A DNA stretch of 32,451 nt from Chthonomonadaceae bacterium. GTDB taxonomy: Bacteria; Armatimonadota; Chthonomonadetes; Chthonomonadales; Chthonomonadaceae. Shown here piece by piece: positions 9,806-18,279 of the stretch. The stretch covers positions 1 to 32,451 of the forward strand of contig DASRGZ010000106.1 of NCBI GenBank assembly GCA_035650735.1, given 5' to 3'. Position 1 is the stretch's first letter. Every line of letters starts with the position of its first letter. Made by a program: the position numbers and the translations under genes. Below the pieces are notes generated by a model, which ran no database searches, had not been told where the DNA came from, and was given only the letters and a program-made list of their open reading frames with translations.

Positions 9806-9991
9806 ATGGGAGCCGTGAAAAACTTCTTAATGCTGATCCTGGCGTTCGTGATCGTCTGGATCGTGTGGCGTATCGTGATGGGCTTGCTTGCCGGCATTGT
9901 CGGCACGATCATCAGCATCGGCCTGATCTTGCTGTTCTGCTTCCTCGTCTATGTCGTCTACAAGACGTTAACACAGCGGGAACGCATCTAA
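9806..9991 (+). CDS. Small hypothetical membrane protein (two hydrophobic helices)
   Basis: Strongly hydrophobic 58-61 aa ORF with GGAG upstream and GC3-rich codons. The start may be GTG 9815. Confidence 0.75.
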   Translation: MGAVKNFLMLILAFVIVWIVWRIVMGLLAGIVGTIISIGLILLFCFLVYVVYKTLTQRERI

Positions 9992-10300
9992 GCGCGCTCG
10001 CTATATCTGCCGGTCCGTTAGCCTCTGCGCCCAAAGGCATAGGGGTTAATGGGCCGGCATACCCTCCTGGCAGACTCGCATGCGCTTCCTCGAGCTGGTT
10101 CCCTTCACGATGCGAGTTGAATTGCTGCGCCTCAAGTGTCTGCCTGCCTGGCTGATGCGGACTCCCTCCATCGCTGGCATGCGCCTGCCTCCGAAGAGTG
10201 ACAAGCGCAGGGCCACCTTGCCCAAGAAGGGTAAGGAACCCTGCTATCGTGCGCGCTTTGCCACTGGAAAGCTGCCTACCTACATTCCTTATTCCCCGCT

Positions 10301-10343
10301 AAAAAGCACAGGCAGGCGGAAGTTAACTTCCGCCTGCCTGTGC
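10301..10343 (-). terminator. Intrinsic terminator (perfect 38-bp palindrome plus T-run on minus strand)
   Basis: GCACAGGCAGGCGGAAGTTAACTTCCGCCTGCCTGTGC (10306-10343), followed by TTTTT on the minus strand. Confidence 0.75.
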
Positions 10344-10466
10344 GCACTAGGAGATAAGCGCCGATAGGCGGAGCAAGGCGGAATGAAGCCCGGAACCTTC
10401 ATTCCGTGCTGCCTTGCTCAGCAGCACGGCCCTTATGGGGGTTGCGATTATCACGCTCTCCTCATA
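10301..10466 (-). ncRNA. Candidate sigma54-dependent small RNA (or 35-aa peptide mRNA)
   Basis: Bounded by a consensus sigma54 promoter and a terminator, with internal hairpins. Confidence 0.45.
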
Positions 10467-10477
10467 CTAATACTACA

Positions 10478-10492
10478 GCAAGAACCGTGCCA
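10478..10492 (-). promoter_or_regulatory. Sigma54-type promoter
   Basis: Minus strand TGGCACGGTTCTTGC is a full match to TGGCACG-N4-TTGC. Confidence 0.7.
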
Positions 10493-10577
10493 TTGGGTTC
10501 CCAATGGCACCGATTTCCCCGTATTTTTTTGGAAATACCCCCGAAGGGCCGCAAAAGTTCCTCACAACGCGGCCCAT

Positions 10578-10889
10578 TCACGCAATCCACGCCGCGCAAA
10601 GCAGTCCCAGCGCCAGCACGCTGACCAGCAGCAGCAGGCCGGTCGGCATGAATTTGCCTCGGAAGCGCAGCGCAAAATTCACCGTCAGCAAGAGCGCAAC
10701 GATCGCGCCGAGGGCAAACCCGGATCGGGGCTGCGTGCGCGAGAGGAAGTAGGCGACATAGATGAGGATGCCGCTGACCACGCCGCTGACCAGCGACATG
10801 ACGCTCTGGGCGCGGGCATAGGCGAGAATGCCGCCCAGGATGAGCACCGCGCCGTAGATGAGCAGCGTCCATTGTCCGACTTCATGCAT
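10578..10889 (-). CDS. TMEM14-family small membrane protein
   Basis: YGAVLILGGILAY..AQSVMSLVSG and FALRF..KFMP.GL motifs; GGGAG RBS upstream. Confidence 0.8.
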   Translation of the reverse strand: MHEVGQWTLLIYGAVLILGGILAYARAQSVMSLVSGVVSGILIYVAYFLSRTQPRSGFALGAIVALLLTVNFALRFRGKFMPTGLLLLVSVLALGLLCAAWIA

Positions 10890-10968
10890 CTTGCGTCTCC
10901 CTCGACAAGAGGAGGAACATCTCATTTCCTCTTCTCGTCAGCTTTGGAGCAAGAAGGAGGTGAAGACC

Positions 10969-11448
10969 ATGGCACAACCCGCCTATACCGCCCCGACCGG
11001 CGTTGCTCCCGTGTCCGCGCCCGTCGCGCGGACGGACAACCCGGCGTATCGGGCCTATCAGTTGCTGCATATCGGGTTTACGCTCGCGCCAATCATCGCC
11101 GGCCTGGACAAGTTCTTTCTGATCCTGGCGAACTGGGATAACTACCTGGCGCCCATCATTCCCCAGACATTGCATGTCCAGCCGCACATGTTCATGATGG
11201 CTGTGGGGATCATCGAGATCATCGCCGGCCTGATCGTCGCGATCAAGCCCCGCATCGGCGGCTATGTGGTCGCCGTCTGGCTGTGGGGCATTATCATCAA
11301 CCTGTTCCTGGTGCCGGGCATCATCGGGCATCAGGGGCATACCTGGGGCCTGGATCTCGCCCTGCGTGACTTCGGCCTCTCGCTGGGGGCGCTTGCGCTG
11401 GCGTGGTTGGGCGCGATGTTTGATCGCCCTGCGGCTCCGGCTGCCTAG
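10969..11448 (+). CDS. DoxX-like membrane protein
   Basis: AAGGAGGTGA RBS; PIIAGLDKFF..LANW..YLAP, VGIIEIIAG and DLALRDFGL motifs. Confidence 0.8.
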   Translation: MAQPAYTAPTGVAPVSAPVARTDNPAYRAYQLLHIGFTLAPIIAGLDKFFLILANWDNYLAPIIPQTLHVQPHMFMMAVGIIEIIAGLIVAIKPRIGGYVVAVWLWGIIINLFLVPGIIGHQGHTWGLDLALRDFGLSLGALALAWLGAMFDRPAAPAA

Positions 11449-11494
11449 ATCGGCCGCAGCAAAGCCCGCTCACCCCTTGGATGAGGGAGCACCG

Positions 11495-11528
11495 GCCGCA
11501 GGCGCTATCCGTGCCTGCGGCTCTTTTT
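11495..11528 (+). terminator. Intrinsic terminator
   Basis: GCCGCAGGC-N9-GCCTGCGGC followed by TCTTTTT. Confidence 0.65.
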
Positions 11529-11629
11529 GCGCCGTGTCCCTGGTTAATCCCAGGTTGCTAAACACCCGTGCGCTGTAAGTGGGCAGTTTGCCTGGATGGG
11601 GCATCTGCCAGGCGGCACCGGGCGCTTGT

Positions 11630-12127
11630 TCAGACGCTGGGCATGACCTCTAACTCGTTGGAGACGCCCAGGATGCCGGGCACGTGCGCGGCGACCTCGG
11701 TGGCCGCCTCCACGGCATCCACAGTTTCCTGCCGCCCGGTGAGGTAGGCGATACCGTTGTCCACGCGCACGAGGATCAGGCGCGCGTTGACGCGCGGATC
11801 GCTCTCCAGCGCGGCGCGGACGGCCTCTTCCGGGGGAGGCTGCTCCACCGGAGGCGCTCCCTCCGGAGTAGTCACGCGCGGGAAGTCTTCAGGAATAGTG
11901 ACCGCCGACTCTCCGGGATGCAGCACCGTTAGCTCGTTGATGACCCGGCGCGCGCCGTGCTGTAGGGCAATTTCCTCAGCCTGTTGGCGCAGGTTATCGT
12001 AGGCCACGGTGCCCCGCAGCGTCACGACGCCCTCCTCCGAGTCGACGTTGACGTTGCCGAGGTTGAGCTTGAAGATCAGGTCCGACTTGATCTTGAAGGT
12101 CAGCGCGGCATTGTCCAGCAGGCTCAT
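11630..12127 (-). CDS. BON-domain protein (two BON domains)
   Basis: VNVDSEEGVVTLRGTV and VRVDNGIAYLTG...VPGILGVSNEL; AAGGAGG RBS. Confidence 0.85.
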   Translation of the reverse strand: MSLLDNAALTFKIKSDLIFKLNLGNVNVDSEEGVVTLRGTVAYDNLRQQAEEIALQHGARRVINELTVLHPGESAVTIPEDFPRVTTPEGAPPVEQPPPEEAVRAALESDPRVNARLILVRVDNGIAYLTGRQETVDAVEAATEVAAHVPGILGVSNELEVMPSV

Positions 12128-12137
12128 TCTCTCCTCC

Positions 12138-12311
12138 TTAAGGCCCCCGATACACCAGCTTAATCGCAAAGTAAAACAAAATGGCAAGCACAATAGCGAT
12201 CACGCAGCCGATCATCGAGTTGCGAGTGGTCAGGCGCGCCCAGGACTCATGGCGCGGGTGCAGGTCCACGCCGGGAACGGGATCGGTCTCCTCCGGCTTG
12301 TTCTCTGGCAT
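12138..12311 (-). CDS. Small single-pass membrane protein, 57 aa (not in ORF track)
   Basis: Manual translation: MPENKPEETDPVPGVDLHPRHESWARLTTRNSMIGCVIAIVLAILFYFAIKLVYRGP. GGGAG RBS; the stop overlaps the RBS of the BON gene. Confidence 0.7.
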   Translation of the reverse strand: MPENKPEETDPVPGVDLHPRHESWARLTTRNSMIGCVIAIVLAILFYFAIKLVYRGP

Positions 12312-12487
12312 CGGGCTTGCTCCCTTCTTCCAGAAGTTTTGGTTTCTTTTACGCAGCCGGCGGGTTCTGGTTCACTCTTGCCTTGACGCGCTTGCCTGCG
12401 GACCACGGACCGCTAAGAAAGGAGGGTTCCGGTTCGCTATGTTCGCGATGGCGTTTTCGGATTTGCCTGGGGCCTCGGAGGGGCTGT

Positions 12488-13249
12488 TCAGGGAAAGAGC
12501 TCCGCCTCGGATTCGAGATAGCCGCGCAAGCGCGTGACGGCCTGCGCGTGAAGCTGGTAGGCGCGGGATTCCGAGACGGTCAGCGCCCCGCCGATCTCCT
12601 TAAAAGTTAGCCCCTCATGATAGTAGAGCGCGACGACGGTGCGCTCGCGATCCGGTAGGCGGTTGACCGCAGCGGCCAGAGCGCGCCTACGCTCCCGGAG
12701 AGCGAGGCTATCGAGCGGGCTGGGGGAGTCGGAGGGAAGTATGTCCGCCAGGCGCTGCTGATCGCTGCCGATGCGCAGGTCGTCCAGAGAGAGCAGGCTG
12801 GCGCGGCCAATGTTGGTCAGCAGCTTATCCAGCTTTTCGGTGCTGATGCCCAGCTCCTTGGCGACCTCCTCCTCGGTGGCCGGGCGGCCAAGCTGGGCCT
12901 CCAGACGCATATAAGCCTGTTTAAGCTGCTTTTGTTGATCGCGGACCAGGCGGGGAACCCAGTCATCGCCGCGCAGCATCTCCAGGATGGCGCCGCGTAT
13001 AAGGGTGATGGCATAGGTCTCAAACTTGATGCCGCGCGAGGGATCAAACTGATCCACCGCTTTGACCAGGCCGACCACTCCGGCGCCTACCAGGTCGTCG
13101 CGCTCCACGCCCGAAGGCAGCGGGCCGAACAGACGGCCGGCGGTGATGGAGACGAGGTGGGCGTAGCGCTGGATAATCTGGGCGCGGGCAGCCTGGCTCT
13201 GGCACTGTTTGAACTGGCGCCAGAGTTCTGCGGTTGAGACTTCGCTCAT
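12488..13249 (-). CDS. fliA: RNA polymerase sigma factor, FliA/WhiG (sigma28) family
   Basis: FDPSRGIKFETYA, IRGAIL..LR.DDWVPR and EGLTFKEIG..L.VSESRAYQLH motifs; GGAGGT RBS. The symbol is family-level only. Confidence 0.88.
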   Translation of the reverse strand: MSEVSTAELWRQFKQCQSQAARAQIIQRYAHLVSITAGRLFGPLPSGVERDDLVGAGVVGLVKAVDQFDPSRGIKFETYAITLIRGAILEMLRGDDWVPRLVRDQQKQLKQAYMRLEAQLGRPATEEEVAKELGISTEKLDKLLTNIGRASLLSLDDLRIGSDQQRLADILPSDSPSPLDSLALRERRRALAAAVNRLPDRERTVVALYYHEGLTFKEIGGALTVSESRAYQLHAQAVTRLRGYLESEAELFP

Positions 13250-13424
13250 TATGCTACCTCCGTGCATGAGTCGAAGTGGCCCGTCCATCCATGACGGGCG
13301 GAAGTGGGATCGTATAGGTCGCTTCCGGGCCAGTTTCCCTTAGGGAAACGCGCCAACAGCGTCTCTTCCTGAGACGAGAAGGCGGCGCGTGATTTCCAGG
13401 CCGAAACCATCCGGTGACAACCGA

Positions 13425-13452
13425 TTCTCGGTTCGTTGGCCCGAAATCCTTA
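13425..13452 (-). promoter_or_regulatory. Possible sigma28-type promoter upstream of the sigma28 gene
   Basis: TAAG-N16-ACCGAGAA versus consensus TAAA-N15/16-GCCGATAA. Confidence 0.3.
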
Positions 13453-13513
13453 TGGATAAACAAGGGGTTTTTGCGCAGACTGGCGGAAAAACAGGGAAGA
13501 AGGCGAGTTTTTC

Positions 13514-13853
13514 CGGGCGGCTGAAGCCGCAGCAACCAAGGCACAAAACCCGCCTGCGCGGGTTCTGCCCTCACCCCCTGCCCCCTACTGCCAGGGTCGG
13601 CCCTGCAATGGACTGCAAGGGACGCCGCTCAACGGACTGCCAGGGTCGGGGCTACAACGGTTCGCCCCACTGCCAGGGTCGGCAAGGTTACGGTCCTTGC
13701 CTCCGCCTTGCGACACCTTGCGACACGGCTCTGCCTTGCCACACCCCTCCGCCTGGCGACACCCCTCGCCTTGCGATCCACGCTGCGGGAGAGGGGAGGG
13801 TTTAGTCGCCGTAGGGCCACTTCGTGCCTTGGTTGCCGCGAATTGATTCGCCC
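13514..13853. repeat. Composite repeat: outer imperfect inverted arms enclosing two short tandem arrays
   Basis: GCAACCAAGGCAC arm versus GTGCCTTGGTTGC arm. ACTGCCAGGGTCGG units at 13587, 13612 (degenerate), 13636 and 13669. GCCTTGCGACAC-type units at 13701-13779. Confidence 0.8.
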
Positions 13854-14010
13854 GCAGCCAAAAACGTAAGGGACTCTGTGATAAGGAGGAACTTGCCGGG
13901 AGGAAGTCGAATTGCCGGACAAATGCGGGCCGTCCTGTTGCGCTCCCTCAGGGCGCGGCACCGGCCCCATATCCATCCGCGCTTCCCTTTACGATTCAGG
14001 AGTCTTCCCT

Positions 14011-15315
14011 ATGAGAATGCGACTGCGTTTCCTGCTGTCGGCCATGATGTTCCTCCAGTACGCCGTCTGGGGAGCATGGACGCCGGTGCTGGCCAATACG
14101 CTGGGCGAGCGGCTCAACGCGACCGGGGTTGAGATTGGCGCCATCTACAGCGTGCTCTGGCTGGCCTGCATTATCACGCCGTTCATCGGCGGGCAATTGG
14201 TGGACCGTCTCATGCCCAGCCAGGTCTTCCTCGGCATCGCGGCGCTGGCCTGCACGGTCTCTGCGGCCATGATGTCGGTTCAGCATGACATCAGCCATAT
14301 GATGATCTGGATGTGGGTCTGGTCTATCGCGTTTGCGCCCACGCTGGGCATCGCCAACTCGATTGTCTTCTACCACTTGAGCAAGGAGGGCACGAGCGAG
14401 ATCGAGCAGGAGCGGGATTTTGCCGTCATCCGCACGGCGGGCACGGTCGGCTGGATCGTGGCCGGCTGGCTGCTGACCTGGTACCTGATGACGCGGCCCG
14501 AGCTGCCCAAGGGACACTGGCGCCCCTTTGAAGAGCTACAGATGACCGCTATCTTCGGCGCGCTGTGGACGGTACTGGCGTTTATACTACCGAATACGCC
14601 ACCCTCCAAAGAGGCCAAAGATCCCTGGGCGTTCACCAAAGCCTTTAAGCTGTTTAAGACCGTGCCGGGCTTTGCGATCTTCATGCTGATCTCGTTTATC
14701 GTCTCTACCGAGTTCCAGTTCTTCTACCTGCTCTCCTCGCCGTTCCTGCACGCCATTGGCGTCAAGGACGCCTGGCTGCCCGCCGTCAAAAGCGTCAGCC
14801 AGGTCGCCGAGATCGTATCGCTGGGCGTGTTCCTGCCCATCTCGCTGAAATATCTGGGGATGCGCAAAACGCTGGTCATCGGCGTGTTTGCCTGGCCCCT
14901 GCGCTACTTCATCTTTGCGTTGGAGAAGCCGCTCTGGCTGGTCATCGTCTCGCTGATGTTCCACGGCATCGGCTTTGCCTTCGTGTTCGTAACCTCGTAC
15001 ATCTACATTGATCGGGTTTCTCCCAGGGACATCCGCGCCAGCGCGCAAAGCCTGCTAACCCTGATGACTCTGGGCTTCGGGAACTGGCTGGGAACGATGT
15101 TTAGCGGCTGGCTCAAGGATCGATTCACGCATTTCGTCCCCGATCCGGCTAACCCGGCGCACCTGATTCCGGGTGAGGTGAACTGGCCGATGGTCTTCCT
15201 GGTGCCCGGTGTACTGACGGTCCTCTGCGGCATCGCCTACTGGCTGACGTTCCGCGAGCCGCAGATAGAGACGTCCGCGATTGCCGAAGGCGAACTCGAA
15301 ACGGTTGGCGCCTGA
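14011..15315 (+). CDS. MFS transporter, nucleoside:H+ symporter (NupG/XapB-like)
   Basis: MMFLQYAVWGAW, PFIGGQLVDR, IRTAGTVGWIVAG and FHGIGFAFVFV..YIYID...IRASAQ motifs. Confidence 0.88.
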   Translation: MRMRLRFLLSAMMFLQYAVWGAWTPVLANTLGERLNATGVEIGAIYSVLWLACIITPFIGGQLVDRLMPSQVFLGIAALACTVSAAMMSVQHDISHMMIWMWVWSIAFAPTLGIANSIVFYHLSKEGTSEIEQERDFAVIRTAGTVGWIVAGWLLTWYLMTRPELPKGHWRPFEELQMTAIFGALWTVLAFILPNTPPSKEAKDPWAFTKAFKLFKTVPGFAIFMLISFIVSTEFQFFYLLSSPFLHAIGVKDAWLPAVKSVSQVAEIVSLGVFLPISLKYLGMRKTLVIGVFAWPLRYFIFALEKPLWLVIVSLMFHGIGFAFVFVTSYIYIDRVSPRDIRASAQSLLTLMTLGFGNWLGTMFSGWLKDRFTHFVPDPANPAHLIPGEVNWPMVFLVPGVLTVLCGIAYWLTFREPQIETSAIAEGELETVGA

Positions 15316-15340
15316 GTTTTCTGCTCCTCTTTGTTCTGCC

Positions 15341-15370
15341 TGTAACGTCACGCCAACGCCTCTCGTCTAA
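15341..15370 (+). promoter_or_regulatory. Putative ECF-sigma promoter for the VIT-vWA gene
   Basis: TGTAAC-N17-CGTCTAA fits the AAC...CGT ECF pattern. Confidence 0.5.
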
Positions 15371-15517
15371 TACGCGAACAATCCTCCCCGTTCAGCGGCC
15401 CCCGGTGTGTGGACGCACACACCGGGGAAGCCGTCTCTTCCATAGCGCCGGTTGGCAGGTTCCCGACCGCTTCCTTTTGGTTCCCGCCGTCGGCTGGATG
15501 GAAAGGAGCGTACAGCG

Positions 15518-18034
15518 ATGCACAGTCGCCTCCTCAAAACGTTCGCGGCGATGGCGGTAGGCTTGGCCGCGCTCGTCGGCACGCGCCTCCCCACGCAGGC
15601 GCAGGGCATTCTCTACCCTCGCCCGGAGGGGCGCATACAGCCGTTTTATGTGAAAGACTTGCGCGTGAACACGGTCATTACGGACGCAGTGGCCGAAACG
15701 ACCGTCGAGCAGACTTTCGTGAATTCCAGCAGCGTTGAACAGGAGGGCACGTACCTCTACCCGCTGCCCGAAGGCGCCTCGCCTACCTCGTTCTCCATGA
15801 CCATCGGCGACCGGACGCTGGAGCCGCGCATTCTCACCAAAGAGGAGGCGCGCAGCGTCTATGAGAGCATTGTGCGCCGCCGACGCGACCCGGCCCTGCT
15901 GGAATACGTGGATCGCAACCTCGTCCGCATCAGCGTCTACCCTATCCCGCCGCAAGGCCAGCGCGTGATCCGGCTGCGCTACACGGAAATTCTCAAGCCG
16001 GAGGGCGGCCTGCGCAAATACGCCTACTCGCTCTCCACCTCCCGCTTCGGGGCGCGGCCTGTCGGCGTCGCCACCGTCAGTATTAAGCTGCGCACGAGCG
16101 CGCCGCTCAAGAACGTCTACTCGCCCACGCACGACCTCTCCATCCGCCGCCCGGACGACCGCACGGCGACGGCCATCTGGGAAGGCGCCAACGATGCCTC
16201 CGACCGCGACCTGCTCCTCTACTACAGCACCAGCGGCGACGATGTGGGCCTGTCGCTGCTGACCTACAAGCCGACGGAGCGTGACGGCTACTTTATGCTG
16301 CTGGCCGCGCCGCGCGTCACCGTCCCCAAAGACCGTATTCTGCCCAAGCAGGTCGTCTTTGTCCTGGATCGCACGGGCTCGATGGGGGGCGAGAAGATCA
16401 AACAGGCCCGCAAGTCGCTGCTCTTCTGCCTGAATAACCTGCACCCACAGGATCGCTTCGACGTCATCACCTTCAACGAGTCGCCCGACGTTCTGACGCG
16501 CCGCCTGGTGATGGCGACCGCGACCAACATCGCCAGAGCGCGCCGCTTCGTGGAGGACATCGAGGCCAGCGGCGGCACCAACATTGATGAGGCCCTACGC
16601 GCTGCCCTTACCCTGCTCCGGGACGATCCGGGCCATGAGAAGATGCTCGTCTTCCTCACGGACGGCCTGCCGACCGTCGGCGAGACCAACATCAATACCA
16701 TCCTCTCGCACGTCAAGCAGTTGAACGAGCACAAGGATTTAGCGCAAATCTCTAGTTCCTATGTACGCCCCACAGCGCTGCAAGATGAGGACGAGCGGCG
16801 TCCCGCTAGCCTGGTTCCCTCTCGCCCCGCTGGAGCGCGCATCTTCTGCTTCGGCCTGGGCTACGACGTCAATGTGCCGTTCCTCGACCGCCTGGCCGAG
16901 ATAGGGCGCGGCGATGCCGACTACGTCAAGCCGGAGGAGGATATCGAGGCCAAGGTCTCCTCCTTCTTCGCCAAAGTGACCTCGCCCATTCTCTCTAATC
17001 TGCGGCTGGCCTTCGACGGCGCGGACGTGTACGACATCTACCCGAAAACATTGCCCGACCTTTTCAAAGGCTCGCAACTGGTGATTACGGGGCGATTCCG
17101 GGGCGAAGGCGGCGGCACGGTACGCCTGGCGGGGCTGGCGAACGGCGAGCAGGAGACTTTCAAGCTGGGGACGAGTTTTAGCGCGGCGGACTGGCGGAAC
17201 GCCTTCCTGCCGCGCATCTGGGCGGCGCGCAAGATCGGCTACCTCATAGACCAGGTACGCCTTGCGGATAATCCCGCCGGGCGCCAGGAGGTCATTGACG
17301 AGATCATTCGCCTCTCACGCGAGTATGGCATCATCACCGAGTACACCTCGTTCCTGGTGGATGAGCGGGAGCAGTACGCCCTCGGCCTGCGCGACCAGAG
17401 CGGCCACTTCCGGGGAGACCTCCTGCATCGGAACAGGCAGCTTTATGAGGAAGTAGGCCGCCGCGCCGCGCAGTTTGGGGCAGGAGGATTAGGCGCGACC
17501 AACCAGAGCCTGCGCGCCAAAGAGCTACAGCAATACGACAAAGCGGCCTCGCGCTACCAATCGGCCAACGGCAGCGTCTATAGCCTCAACGGCCCGGCGG
17601 GCGCGCAAGGCTATCCCGGCCAATCGGTGGGCGGAGCATTTAAGGCGGCTCCCGGCAACTATGCTTATGGCAGATTAGGGACAGGCCGAGGGGGCTTCGG
17701 TGGAGGCAGATCGGACAATGGAATAGACCGGTATGGCGGAGAGGCAGCCCAGGATGCCGTTACCGTCCAGGCCGTTGCCGATAAGACCTTCTACCGGCAG
17801 GCCAACAACGTCTGGCAAGATAACGCCTACGATGCCAAGAAGCAGCAACTCGTCAAAATCCGGGCGTTCAGCGACGCGCACTTCGCGCTGCTGCGTGCCG
17901 TGCCGCAACTGGCCAGCTACTCTTCGGTTGGCGACGAGGTGATCGTGCGTCTCGGCAGGAACGCCGTCCAGATCGGCAGCACCGGCAAAGAGAAACTCAC
18001 GAGCGCCGAACTCAAAGACCTGACGGCAAAATAA
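15518..18034 (+). CDS. Secreted VIT + von Willebrand A domain protein
   Basis: Signal peptide, VIT domain (EGTYLYPLP, RDPALLEY), vWA MIDAS DRTGS / GGTNI / LTDG, and a Gly-rich C-terminal stretch; AAGGAG RBS. Confidence 0.88.
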   Translation: MHSRLLKTFAAMAVGLAALVGTRLPTQAQGILYPRPEGRIQPFYVKDLRVNTVITDAVAETTVEQTFVNSSSVEQEGTYLYPLPEGASPTSFSMTIGDRTLEPRILTKEEARSVYESIVRRRRDPALLEYVDRNLVRISVYPIPPQGQRVIRLRYTEILKPEGGLRKYAYSLSTSRFGARPVGVATVSIKLRTSAPLKNVYSPTHDLSIRRPDDRTATAIWEGANDASDRDLLLYYSTSGDDVGLSLLTYKPTERDGYFMLLAAPRVTVPKDRILPKQVVFVLDRTGSMGGEKIKQARKSLLFCLNNLHPQDRFDVITFNESPDVLTRRLVMATATNIARARRFVEDIEASGGTNIDEALRAALTLLRDDPGHEKMLVFLTDGLPTVGETNINTILSHVKQLNEHKDLAQISSSYVRPTALQDEDERRPASLVPSRPAGARIFCFGLGYDVNVPFLDRLAEIGRGDADYVKPEEDIEAKVSSFFAKVTSPILSNLRLAFDGADVYDIYPKTLPDLFKGSQLVITGRFRGEGGGTVRLAGLANGEQETFKLGTSFSAADWRNAFLPRIWAARKIGYLIDQVRLADNPAGRQEVIDEIIRLSREYGIITEYTSFLVDEREQYALGLRDQSGHFRGDLLHRNRQLYEEVGRRAAQFGAGGLGATNQSLRAKELQQYDKAASRYQSANGSVYSLNGPAGAQGYPGQSVGGAFKAAPGNYAYGRLGTGRGGFGGGRSDNGIDRYGGEAAQDAVTVQAVADKTFYRQANNVWQDNAYDAKKQQLVKIRAFSDAHFALLRAVPQLASYSSVGDEVIVRLGRNAVQIGSTGKEKLTSAELKDLTAK

Positions 18035-18043
18035 ACCAATACC

Positions 18044-18279
18044 TCAACCGGATGAACAGGATTTTGCAGGATTAAACAGGATTTCGGTAATCGCTCCCAA
18101 CGGTGTGGACGTATCTCCTCAGCAGCAGGCTGCGTGAGATTGATCCACACGGCTGGGAGTGTCTACCCAGGATTTCTAAAACCCAACCAATCAACCGAAT
18201 ACCTCATCCTCTGTTCCTCTTGGTTGCAGGCTTTTGTCTTCATCCTGTAAATCCTGAGAAATCCTGTTCATCCGGTTGA
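18044..18279. repeat. Inverted-repeat pair built of CAGGAT units (REP-like)
   Basis: TCAACCGGATGAACAGGATTTTGCAGGATTAAACAGGAT (18044-18082) and its near reverse complement (18242-18279). Confidence 0.8.
18086..18167 (-). mobile_element. 82-bp MITE (family M1) copy 2
   Basis: Reverse complement of copy 1 with 2 differences; 9-bp duplication CAGGATTTC (18077-18085 and 18168-18176). Confidence 0.92.

Noticed and set aside
9373..9818. ORFs 9373-9633, 9404-9610 and 9576-9818
   Set aside because: They overlap promoter and MITE DNA. The GRHSQPCGSI...RRYV peptide shared between 9576-9818 and 20785-21453 is only MITE translation.
10505..10519. Plus-strand sigma54 site TGGCACCGATTTCCC
   Set aside because: Lacks the -12 GC; it is the mirror arm of a palindrome overlapping the minus-strand site.
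13587..13779. CRISPR array
   Set aside because: Units are too short and degenerate, spacing is irregular, spacers are far shorter than CRISPR spacers, and no cas genes are in the window.
13389..13976. Cys-rich repetitive ORFs (DCQGR repeats)
   Set aside because: The peptide repeats derive from DNA units that recur at 32398-32446; there is no RBS, so this is treated as a non-coding repeat.
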